Source: a virus (Duplodnaviria > Caudoviricetes). Taken from it: a stretch of 29,194 nucleotides of DNA. Below are positions 9,330 through 16,020 of the stretch, piece by piece; the stretch's first letter is position 1, and every line of letters begins with the position of its first letter. The notes under the pieces were generated by a model. It had not been told where the DNA came from. It did no database searches and was given only the letters and a program-made list of their open reading frames with translations. The translations under genes were made by a program, and so were the position numbers. The stretch lies in IMG/VR virus record IMGVR_UViG_3300046009_010636, positions 1 through 29,194 of that record; one strand, written 5' to 3'.

Positions 9330-9733
9330 TGGAACTGAAAACCAAAACACTCGAAATCATTTTCAATCTTGCTACCGAGCAGGTTGTCAAGCGAACCAAG
9401 GACGTCATTTTGCAGGACGGTGAGGAAATCGGCACATCGGCTGACGGGCAGAAAATCGACGTCCATGGCATCGAGGACATCGAGCGCGATCTGATTTCTA
9501 AAATCGTAAAGCTAGAGAAAAACGAGGTCCTGGTCGCACTGAATTTCGCCGAGGACAACAACAACATCGGAGTGTCTGCGCTGACGTACAAAAACATCAT
9601 GGACGGCAGCAAGCAAATTGGCATTACACCGACACATCGATGTATGCTGCAGCTGACTGCCACGAATCAAAAGCTGGTCAACAGCTACTGCGATTTTGTG
9701 CCAGCGAAACTGCCGCCAGCAAGCGACGTATAA
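9326..9733 (+). CDS. Hypothetical protein, possible fibre assembly/accessory protein
   Basis: 135 aa. ATGA overlap with the fibre gene. Last gene before the terminator. Confidence 0.6.
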   Translation: MMELKTKTLEIIFNLATEQVVKRTKDVILQDGEEIGTSADGQKIDVHGIEDIERDLISKIVKLEKNEVLVALNFAEDNNNIGVSALTYKNIMDGSKQIGITPTHRCMLQLTATNQKLVNSYCDFVPAKLPPASDV

Positions 9734-9745
9734 CGGGCATCCCAC

Positions 9746-9784
9746 AAAAAGAAAAGCCGCCATTATCGGCGGCTATCTTTATTT
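9746..9784. terminator. Bidirectional intrinsic terminator
   Basis: AAAAAGAAA-AGCCGCC-ATTATC-GGCGGCT-ATCTTTATTT, located between convergent genes, with an A tract and a T-rich tract. Confidence 0.85.
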
Positions 9785-9799
9785 CTGGAGGGTCGATTT

Positions 9800-10036
9800 T
9801 CAGCGCAGCAGATAGGCGGCTAGAAAGACCAGGACAGCCAGCAGGACCATCGAGCAGGCGCCAAGCCAGTCCATGTCGTGCGAGTTAACAGTCGACAGGG
9901 ATTTCGAGCGAGCGAGCAGCTGCAGCATTTCACTGTTCATCTGCTGTCGCTGGGTTTCGGTCAGGTTTTCGATGCGATCGATTTCGTCTTGCGAGAGGAC
10001 AACGTCGCTGAGTTTTTGTGAGTAGGTTGATTTCAT
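9800..10036 (-). CDS. Hypothetical protein with C-terminal transmembrane helix
   Basis: MKSTYSQ..., 78 aa. GGAG upstream of ATG 10036. C-terminal WLGACSMVLLAVLVFLAAYLLR. Confidence 0.75.
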   Translation of the reverse strand: MKSTYSQKLSDVVLSQDEIDRIENLTETQRQQMNSEMLQLLARSKSLSTVNSHDMDWLGACSMVLLAVLVFLAAYLLR

Positions 10037-10037
10037 T

Positions 10038-10418
10038 TTAGTTAACTCCAGAGGTTTCGAGGTCAAAGCAAATCGGCAGCAATTCGGTCAGTGTGGAATT
10101 GGTCCAGTTATAGACAAACTGCACGACATCCGAAATCGGTCGCAGATTGTTTTTGCCGTGCGATTCATAAACCTCGACGCAGTGAACGATTGATTCGTAT
10201 GCCGCGGCATAGTCGACGCAGCGCGACAGGTAGAAATGTGCGAGGTCTGGAATGTCGTGAGTCCTGAGGAATATCGCGACGTAGTGTGCAGCGAGGATGG
10301 TCGTGTTGCTGCCAGTGATCGGCACGACCTGGGCAGTCGAGCTGGTGCTGAACGTCGAGGCAGTAACGGTGGTCGAGTTTTCGGTGCGCACGATATGCGC
10401 GTAGAGTTTAGTGTTCAT
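10038..10418 (-). CDS. Hypothetical protein
   Basis: MNTKLYAHIV..., 126 aa. The start overlaps the stop of the upstream gene. Confidence 0.75.
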   Translation of the reverse strand: MNTKLYAHIVRTENSTTVTASTFSTSSTAQVVPITGSNTTILAAHYVAIFLRTHDIPDLAHFYLSRCVDYAAAYESIVHCVEVYESHGKNNLRPISDVVQFVYNWTNSTLTELLPICFDLETSGVN

Positions 10419-10768
10419 TTTATGTAGTCCGAGAGGATAGGCAAAATTGAGTAGACGAACAGCACGGTGCGCTGGGTTTCGTCGAGCTGGTGTGCAGCCA
10501 TGTCGCTGGAATAGGTCGCAAACCATTCAGGAACGAAATGCGATTCGACAACAGCCATGCAGGCATCGAGGTCACAAGCGTCCAGGTCGTGCGATGCATC
10601 CGTGTACCAGCTGGTGATTTGCTTGAGTTCGATTTTTGACCAGCATGCGTCGCAGGTTTCTGACGGATTTTGAAAGTCGCCATCATAGCAAGCGCAGCCA
10701 TCGAGGTCTGCATCATTCAGCAGGTCTGACATGGTCAGTCTGATGGAAGCGATGAGCAGGTCTGTCAT
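10415..10768 (-). CDS. Hypothetical acidic protein with CxC/CxxC (putative Zn-binding)
   Basis: MTDLLIAS..., 117 aa. ATGA overlap at 10765-10768. GCAC...TCDAC motifs. Confidence 0.75.
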   Translation of the reverse strand: MTDLLIASIRLTMSDLLNDADLDGCACYDGDFQNPSETCDACWSKIELKQITSWYTDASHDLDACDLDACMAVVESHFVPEWFATYSSDMAAHQLDETQRTVLFVYSILPILSDYIK

Positions 10769-11142
10769 GCCGCGACTCCATCGAGCAGAGCAGCAAATTC
10801 GGAAACCATTTTCTCGAAATCCGCGTTCGTCTCTGGCGAGTATGCCGTGACAGGTTCGCCGAAATGATGGCTGCCGATGGCGACTCGGATGTGGCGCGTG
10901 TACTGCTGCTGGAGATCGCGTTTGCGATTCGCGTACCATTTTGCGGTCTGTCCGCATGGTTCGAGCCAGATGTTCAGCGACCAGCCGTCCTCAAAATTCA
11001 AGTAAACCTGGGTTTTCTTACCTTCGTCAAAGTAGATGCGGAATTTGCCATGGTTCGCCCAGGGTCTGCCACCGAGCATTTTGGCGAGCTGAATGAGAAA
11101 TTCTGGAGTTGGGTTGCCAGTTTCGAGATTGTAGTGTGTCAT
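10765..11142 (-). CDS. Hypothetical protein, first gene of leftward operon
   Basis: MTHYNLETG..., 125 aa. Lies downstream of a consensus promoter, with GGAG/GGAA upstream of the ATG. Confidence 0.8.
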   Translation of the reverse strand: MTHYNLETGNPTPEFLIQLAKMLGGRPWANHGKFRIYFDEGKKTQVYLNFEDGWSLNIWLEPCGQTAKWYANRKRDLQQQYTRHIRVAIGSHHFGEPVTAYSPETNADFEKMVSEFAALLDGVAA

Positions 11143-11176
11143 GTAGTTCCGTGTCGACTCCGTGCCGACAAACTCT

Positions 11177-11207
11177 ATTATACACATGGAGAAAATTATT
11201 TTGTCAA
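11177..11207 (-). promoter_or_regulatory. Leftward sigma70-type promoter
   Basis: Minus strand TTGACA (11207-11202), 19-bp spacer, TATAAT (11182-11177). Confidence 0.8.
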
Positions 11208-11223
11208 TCGGAGAAAATTATTT
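11188..11223. promoter_or_regulatory. Direct-repeat operator candidate GGAGAAAATTATTT x2
   Basis: Exact 14-bp copies at 11188-11201 and 11210-11223, flanking the -35. A partial third copy GAGAAAAT lies at 11289-11296. Confidence 0.7.
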
Positions 11224-11260
11224 ATATATTTATATTCAAAATAGGTCTAAAGTCCCAGAC

Positions 11261-11305
11261 GATTGTAGAAAAAGTTTTTATACAATCTGAGAAAATGTGT
11301 ATACT
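11261..11305 (+). promoter_or_regulatory. Rightward promoter with palindromic operator
   Basis: Inverted repeat GATTGTAGAAAAA-G-TTTTTATACAATC (11261-11287, one mismatch) over the -35 region. -10 TATACT at 11300-11305. Confidence 0.65.
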
Positions 11306-11312
11306 ATGGTGG

Positions 11313-11498
11313 ATGGCTAACACAAAAACCATGAACGAGCTGATCGAGGAAGCGGCGCAGTGGCTGATTATTCAGCGCAACCTGCGACCATTTTCTCGCA
11401 TCGCGAAAGAGGCGGGTTTATCCCCACAGGGTCTGCGATACCGAGCAGAACACTTTATACGAACAGGCAAGATGCCAGGACAGAAAGGAAGCAAATAA
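11313..11498 (+). CDS. Small helix-turn-helix regulator (Cro-like position)
   Basis: MANTKTMNEL..., 61 aa. FSRIAKEAGLSPQGLRYR is an HTH pattern. First gene of the rightward operon. Confidence 0.75.
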   Translation: MANTKTMNELIEEAAQWLIIQRNLRPFSRIAKEAGLSPQGLRYRAEHFIRTGKMPGQKGSK

Positions 11499-11500
11499 CC

Positions 11501-12052
11501 ATGAGCGAACGAACATACACTATCATCCAAAACAGCGTCGTCGAGACAGCCACAGGTGAAATCTTGTGCGAGGCAATCAGCCACGACGGCATCACATCCA
11601 TGACAGCGCTGGAGGCGGCGCTCGAGCGCATCGGTCGCACCGAGCATGCACTGGCAGCCATGCAGCAGCACCATGCGTTCATTCTCGACAACTGCCGCCG
11701 ACAGGAAAAGCGGCTGCAGTCGCACGTCGACTACCTGCGGGATTTGTACGGCAGCCACATTGAGGCATTCGCACACGGTCGTCTGACAGGTCAAAAATCC
11801 AAGACTCTCGACACTCCATTCGGCAAGGTCAAATTCCGAACGGTCCGCGGCGGCGTAAAGGTCGCCGACAAAGGTCTGGCGCTCGCAGTGGCGCAGAAAT
11901 TCGGCTGGGTCGAGGCGATAAAAATCACCGAGGAGTTTCAGATTTCCAAGATTTCGGACGCGCAGAAACTTGTCCTGATCGAGCAGAAACCAGAGGGTTT
12001 CGAGGTGACTGAGGACGTCGAGAAATGCGACATTCAGGTGGTGTCGAAATGA
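11501..12052 (+). CDS. gam: Mu Gam-like host nuclease inhibitor / DNA end-binding protein
   Basis: 183 aa from ATG 11501. Coiled coil followed by KSKTLDTPFGKVKFR. Adjacent to the recombinase. Confidence 0.75.
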   Translation: MSERTYTIIQNSVVETATGEILCEAISHDGITSMTALEAALERIGRTEHALAAMQQHHAFILDNCRRQEKRLQSHVDYLRDLYGSHIEAFAHGRLTGQKSKTLDTPFGKVKFRTVRGGVKVADKGLALAVAQKFGWVEAIKITEEFQISKISDAQKLVLIEQKPEGFEVTEDVEKCDIQVVSK

Positions 12053-12708
12053 ACAAGCCACAGTCGCTGGCGGCGAAAGTTCTGGCAGTCAGCAGGTCCA
12101 TCGGCGCCGTCGAGAAAAACGGTTTGAATGCACACTTCAAATTTAAGTATCAGGCATGGGATGATGTACTCCCAGCCGTCCGAAACGCATGCTGCGAACA
12201 TGGTGTTCAAATTACACCGACAGTGTTAGATGCGAGGCACGACAACGGTCACGTCATTGTTCACATGATGTTCATTGTGAAGGACGCCGACTCAGATCAG
12301 GTCGACGAGTTCGCATGGTTCGGCGAATCGAAAGGGAGCGACGACAAAGGGATTCAGAAAGCCATCACGAGTTGCACCAAGTACGCGCTGCTGAAATATT
12401 TGATGATTCCGATTGTAGACGACACCGACACCGATGCGCATGGTCCTGCAAAAGCAGCTACAGCCAAGCCAGCGGCGAAACCGACCGAGGTCACAGTCGA
12501 GGACGCCAGAGCTGTCCTGCGAAAGAAAGTTCAGGCGGACTGGCATGAAATCGGCGGCACTACCGAGGACTTAGCATGGATAAGATCTATCGTGCCGAAA
12601 TCGTTGAACATTTTGGACCTAGTCAATGCCGCCATAAACGACGAGGGATGCCAGACAGTTGACGATGTCAGGCTGTACGTCGAGGAGGTCAGCAGGCGGC
12701 AGAAATGA
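12049..12708 (+). CDS. erf: ERF-family single-strand annealing recombinase
   Basis: VEKNGLNAHFKFKY and DKGIQKAITSCTKYALLKYLMIP..DDTD are ERF signatures. ATGA overlap at 12049. Confidence 0.85.
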   Translation: MNKPQSLAAKVLAVSRSIGAVEKNGLNAHFKFKYQAWDDVLPAVRNACCEHGVQITPTVLDARHDNGHVIVHMMFIVKDADSDQVDEFAWFGESKGSDDKGIQKAITSCTKYALLKYLMIPIVDDTDTDAHGPAKAATAKPAAKPTEVTVEDARAVLRKKVQADWHEIGGTTEDLAWIRSIVPKSLNILDLVNAAINDEGCQTVDDVRLYVEEVSRRQK

Positions 12709-12974
12709 CGCGCAAATTCCAGCGGATGCCAGTCTATCTGGTGGATGTGGTCGACAATGAGTGTCTGTTTGTTGTCGGTAGCGAAAGCCGCTGGAATCAC
12801 TTTTACGAGGTCCATGTAAATCAGCATGGACACACGACCTGCGACTGCCACGACTCAATAATGAGACGAAAGGAGCCGCAGTTTCTCGACATCATCACAG
12901 ACAAAAATGCGTTAGCATGTAAGCACATGCGGCGCATCGGACAACAATACAGGAAATTACAAAATGGTAAATAG
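12705..12974 (+). CDS. SWIM zinc-finger protein
   Basis: YEVHV...TCDC...ACKH (CxC...CxH), 89 aa. Confidence 0.8.
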   Translation: MTRKFQRMPVYLVDVVDNECLFVVGSESRWNHFYEVHVNQHGHTTCDCHDSIMRRKEPQFLDIITDKNALACKHMRRIGQQYRKLQNGK

Positions 12975-13371
12975 AACAATTCTTATCGGACGACTGACAC
13001 GCGATCCAGAGCTGCGCACGACATCCACAGGAAAGGACGTCGTCGAATTCAGCATCGCCGTCAACAAACGAATCAAGCCAGCAGAGGGACCAGACGCGGA
13101 TTTCTTTCGAGTCAGAGTCTGGGGACAGGTCGCCAGATACGTCGCCGAGTACATCGGTCGAGGTCGGCTGGTGGCAGTCGATGGTCGGCTGGAGCAGCGC
13201 ACATGGCAGGACCAAAACGGTAACAAGCGCGAGAGCATTGATGTCGTCGCAGATAACGTGAACGCACTCGACCGACCAAAGGACGAGGCAGGCGCGAACA
13301 CATCGACGAATCGAGCTGCGCCAAAGCCAGCAGCAGTCGAGGACGAATACGATCCATTTGGTGATGAGTGA
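12964..13371 (+). CDS. ssb: Single-stranded DNA-binding protein
   Basis: NRTILIGRLTRDPELR, VAVDGRL and an acidic tail EDEYDPFGDE. Confidence 0.97.
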   Translation: MVNRTILIGRLTRDPELRTTSTGKDVVEFSIAVNKRIKPAEGPDADFFRVRVWGQVARYVAEYIGRGRLVAVDGRLEQRTWQDQNGNKRESIDVVADNVNALDRPKDEAGANTSTNRAAPKPAAVEDEYDPFGDE

Positions 13372-13469
13372 TGAGACACTGGGAAATCGTTCTGGCATTC
13401 GTCGTCGTGCTGGCTATTCTAGTCATCTATGCGATGCTGGCAGTCGCGGACTATGGTGACGACGAATGA
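13371..13469 (+). CDS. Small single-pass membrane protein (32 aa)
   Basis: MRHWEIVLAFVVVLAILVIYAMLAVADYGDDE. TGATG and ATGA coupling on both sides. Below the ORF-track cutoff. Confidence 0.7.
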   Translation: MRHWEIVLAFVVVLAILVIYAMLAVADYGDDE

Positions 13470-13753
13470 GCAATGTTATCAAATTCACTCCCAGAACCAT
13501 CAAGGTTTACCACTGCGATGTTTGCAAGCAACCATTTGAATGGGGGAGTAATTCGCATCTTTACGGGTCAGTCGGACACCAAGACATTGGTGCAAGACAG
13601 TTCAAAGTCTGCTCGAACCAATGCCGCAAGAAAGCTCCTTCAATTCTAGACATGGAGTACATCATCGGAGACTACAAGTGCTCTGGTGGCGGCAAAGTCG
13701 TAAACGCTCACTGGGATGAATGGGACAATAAAACTGGAAGATTTACAAAATAA
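13466..13753 (+). CDS. Zinc-finger protein (CxxC...CSxxC)
   Basis: CDVC and VCSNQC, 95 aa, lower GC than its neighbours. Confidence 0.7.
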   Translation: MSNVIKFTPRTIKVYHCDVCKQPFEWGSNSHLYGSVGHQDIGARQFKVCSNQCRKKAPSILDMEYIIGDYKCSGGGKVVNAHWDEWDNKTGRFTK

Positions 13754-13958
13754 ATGGAGGATGAGGAATGATGCGAGAATATTCAATTTTAGATATGATG
13801 CCATTTGGCAAGTATCGTGAGGAACTTGTTGGAACCGTGATAGAGGAAGACCCCGACTACATTTATTGGGCGATTAACAACACCGACTTTCGACTTAATG
13901 CTCATGGTAAAAAATATCTAAAGATTGTAGACCTAGCGAGAGAAATGGAGGATGAGGA
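13752..13958 (+). repeat. 16-bp direct repeat AAATGGAGGATGAGGA bracketing one gene
   Basis: Exact copies at 13752-13767 and 13943-13958. Confidence 0.9.
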
Positions 13959-13962
13959 GTGA
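13768..13962 (+). CDS. Small MPFGKY-motif protein (ExoX C-terminal/DUF3820-like)
   Basis: MPFGKY...DPDYIYW motif, strong GGAGG RBS. Confidence 0.7.
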   Translation: MMREYSILDMMPFGKYREELVGTVIEEDPDYIYWAINNTDFRLNAHGKKYLKIVDLAREMEDEE

Positions 13963-14039
13963 AAATTCTAGGAATACTTCGACCCACCGATAATGGTTGG
14001 GTCTGGGAGACAGAACCACCAGCGGAGGAGAAGAAATGA
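13959..14039 (+). CDS. Micro-ORF (26 aa)
   Basis: GTG start overlapping the upstream TGA, GGAGG RBS, MKILGILRPTDNGWVWETEPPAEEKK. The stop overlaps the next ATG. Confidence 0.55.
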   Translation: MKILGILRPTDNGWVWETEPPAEEKK

Positions 14040-14200
14040 CTGTCCGACGTGCCATCGAGGTCCTAAGCGAGCAGGAAAACCTGTCGGTCGATGTCGTCAG
14101 ACCAGGCGTTTGGCAGCTGACCTGCGGCGATGAAATCGACATTATCGGCGAGCAGAAACTGGTCGACTTGGCAAGGCAAATCGAGGACGACGGAGCATGA
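14036..14200 (+). CDS. Hypothetical protein (54 aa)
   Basis: MTVRRAIEVL..., GGAGG RBS, ATGA overlap with rusA. Confidence 0.7.
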   Translation: MTVRRAIEVLSEQENLSVDVVRPGVWQLTCGDEIDIIGEQKLVDLARQIEDDGA

Positions 14201-14559
14201 GAAAATCGGACACGACCACCATCACGATCGGACCGAGCGTCAACAACATGTACGCGAATGTCCCAGGCAAGGGACGCAGGAAAACTGGCGCGTACAAGGT
14301 CTGGCAGGACAGTGTCCAGCTATACCTGGCACTCACACTCCGAGCTGTCAGTGGTCCTGTCCGAATACATTACATGTTCAATCTCGGTCCCACGTTTCGC
14401 GGCGACCTGTCGAATCGAATTAAGGCGCTCGAGGATGCGCTGGTCAATGCTGGCGTAATTGATGGCGACACGTTTAACACGGTCGTCGGTGGCACGTTCG
14501 AGCATTGTCGGACGGACGATAAAGAATCGAGTGTGACGATCAAAATCGAGAAAGTCTGA
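14197..14559 (+). CDS. rusA: RusA-family Holliday junction resolvase
   Basis: PSVNNMY and DLSNRIKALEDALV...IDGD catalytic pattern, 120 aa. Confidence 0.85.
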   Translation: MRKSDTTTITIGPSVNNMYANVPGKGRRKTGAYKVWQDSVQLYLALTLRAVSGPVRIHYMFNLGPTFRGDLSNRIKALEDALVNAGVIDGDTFNTVVGGTFEHCRTDDKESSVTIKIEKV

Positions 14560-14565
14560 TATAAT
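14557..14565 (+). promoter_or_regulatory. Extended -10 promoter for replication genes
   Basis: TGA-TATAAT (TGn plus consensus -10) at the start of the intergenic gap. Confidence 0.7.
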
Positions 14566-14569
14566 AAAC

Positions 14570-14659
14570 ATGGAGCATTTAACAGGCGAGTATGGTTTCC
14601 TTCCTCCATAGATACCTTGCCAGAAAGCCTGTTAAATGAGGAAGGAACTAAAGGTAAAA
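14570..14659 (+). ncRNA. Structured 5' leader (candidate cis-regulatory RNA) of the replication initiator
   Basis: 12-bp perfect stem 14576-14587/14627-14638. Internal TTCCTTCCTC is complementary to downstream GAGGAAGGAA. Confidence 0.6.
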
Positions 14660-15499
14660 ATGAATAAAAACGAGGGCGCATCGTCGCCAAATATTTCGAC
14701 ACCCATGGGATGGTATCCCTGGTATCCGCGAGACTTCGCATCGTCAATCACTGTCCGCAGCATGTCATTTACGGCGCGCGCCATCTATCGCGAGCTGCTC
14801 GACATTCAGTGGGAAAACGGCTGTTTAACAGATGTTGAACGGCTGTTGAACATTCTTGCAATTTCGCAGGAACAGTGGTCAGAATTCGCGCCATATTTAG
14901 ACGAGTTGTTTCCAGATGGTCGGAACATTCGTCTCGATCAACTGCGAACCGAAGCGATTGAACGTCAAAAAGCTAAGAAATCAGCGGGTCAAAAATCAGC
15001 CGAATCGAGGCGCAGTCAGGTTCAAAAACCTAAGAAAACAAAACGTTCTGAACAGGTGATGAACAAGTGTTCAACAGATGTTCAACAGGTGTTCAACAGC
15101 AGTTCAACAGATGTTCAACCAAACACAAACACAAACACAAACACAGACAGATTATTAACACTAGCTAAAGCTAGTGTAGAGACGCGTGATGTTTGGATTA
15201 TTCCTGAGTGTCTCAGAGAGGACCGATTTCTCGCCAGCTGGTCGGCATTCGTCCAACATCGAAAGGACATAAAGAAACCGATTTCTGCTGTCGGCGGAAA
15301 GGCGCTGCTGCACAAGCTGTCGAAACATGACGCGGAGCTGGCAGCCGACGCGCTCGATGAATCGCTGGCGAACGGCTGGCAGGGAGTTTTTCCAGAGAAG
15401 GTAGAACGTAGCGAACGACCTGGGCGCGCCAGGTCTGGATCGAACGAAAGAAATAGCATGCTCGCCAGAATTGGCAGCAGTATCGAGGAACTAGAATGA
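14660..15499 (+). CDS. Replication initiator, DUF1376/YdaU-type N-terminal domain (lambda O-like architecture)
   Basis: WYPWYPRDF...MSFTARAIYRELLDIQW at the N-terminus, internal iterons, and C-terminal W.AFVQHRK...SLANGWQGVF. An alternative in-frame ATG lies at 14636. Confidence 0.85.
   Translation: MNKNEGASSPNISTPMGWYPWYPRDFASSITVRSMSFTARAIYRELLDIQWENGCLTDVERLLNILAISQEQWSEFAPYLDELFPDGRNIRLDQLRTEAIERQKAKKSAGQKSAESRRSQVQKPKKTKRSEQVMNKCSTDVQQVFNSSSTDVQPNTNTNTNTDRLLTLAKASVETRDVWIIPECLREDRFLASWSAFVQHRKDIKKPISAVGGKALLHKLSKHDAELAADALDESLANGWQGVFPEKVERSERPGRARSGSNERNSMLARIGSSIEELE
14821..14853 (-). repeat. Three inverted copies of the 11-bp iteron
   Basis: CTGTTTAACAG, ATGTTGAACGG, CTGTTGAACAT. 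The last is the exact reverse complement of ATGTTCAACAG. Confidence 0.75.
15045..15177 (+). repeat. Putative replication origin: 11-bp iterons, (AAACAC)4 and hairpin
   Basis: NNGTTCAACAG-type units x5 at 15067-15121 plus two degenerate upstream units. AAACAC x4 at 15121-15144. ACACTAGCT-AA-AGCTAGTGT at 15158-15177. Confidence 0.8.
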
Positions 15500-16020
15500 A
15501 CACACCAACACTCACCAAAACACTCATTAAAGCATTCGCCGTCCTGATCGACGGCGGCTACAAAACGTACGGCGACTGGTCGTTTGAGCAGATGCAGACG
15601 AAGGCGAAACTGTACGCGCTGCTGATGGCTGACGAGCCGAAAATCACGAAGGAAATCGTGCAATCGACGTGCATGCGCTATATGCGGCGACAGGTCTGGG
15701 TCTGGAAGGGCGGCGAGCAGTCGCCAGCATCAATGGATTTTCCATCAGCACCAGAGTTTCGCGAGGCGTGTCTGCAGACATGGCATGCCGAGTTTCAGAC
15801 GCTGGCTATCGGCTACAGCCAGAATGAACTCGGCTATCAAATCGCGCACACCATCGACATCAGGCGGAACATTCCAGAGGCTGAGAAAGAGCGGCTGATT
15901 GACCATGCCAGAAAACAGCTGGGACTGCCGACGCCAGAACCTGCGCGTGAGCTGACAGCCGACGAGCTGCAGCATGCGAAATCACTGGTCGCGAACATGC
16001 TGAAGCTGGAGGATTTATGA
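15496..16020 (+). CDS. Hypothetical protein in helicase-loader (P-like) position
   Basis: 174 aa, ATGA-coupled to the initiator. An FPSAPEFREAC motif is reminiscent of loader/inhibitor proteins. No Walker A. Confidence 0.55.
   Translation: MNTPTLTKTLIKAFAVLIDGGYKTYGDWSFEQMQTKAKLYALLMADEPKITKEIVQSTCMRYMRRQVWVWKGGEQSPASMDFPSAPEFREACLQTWHAEFQTLAIGYSQNELGYQIAHTIDIRRNIPEAEKERLIDHARKQLGLPTPEPARELTADELQHAKSLVANMLKLEDL

Noticed and set aside
9326-9733. Internal duplication in the 135-aa protein (VILQDGEEIGTS vs NIMDGSKQIGIT)
   Set aside because: The similarity is too short to support without profile analysis.
9800-11498. Lysogeny module (integrase, cI, attP)
   Set aside because: No ORF has recombinase catalytic motifs or an HTH plus S24 peptidase architecture, and no parA/parB was seen.
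15045-15144. Short repeat array as a CRISPR or mini-array
   Set aside because: The units are 11 bp and contiguous with no spacers, and they lie inside the initiator gene. This fits iterons.
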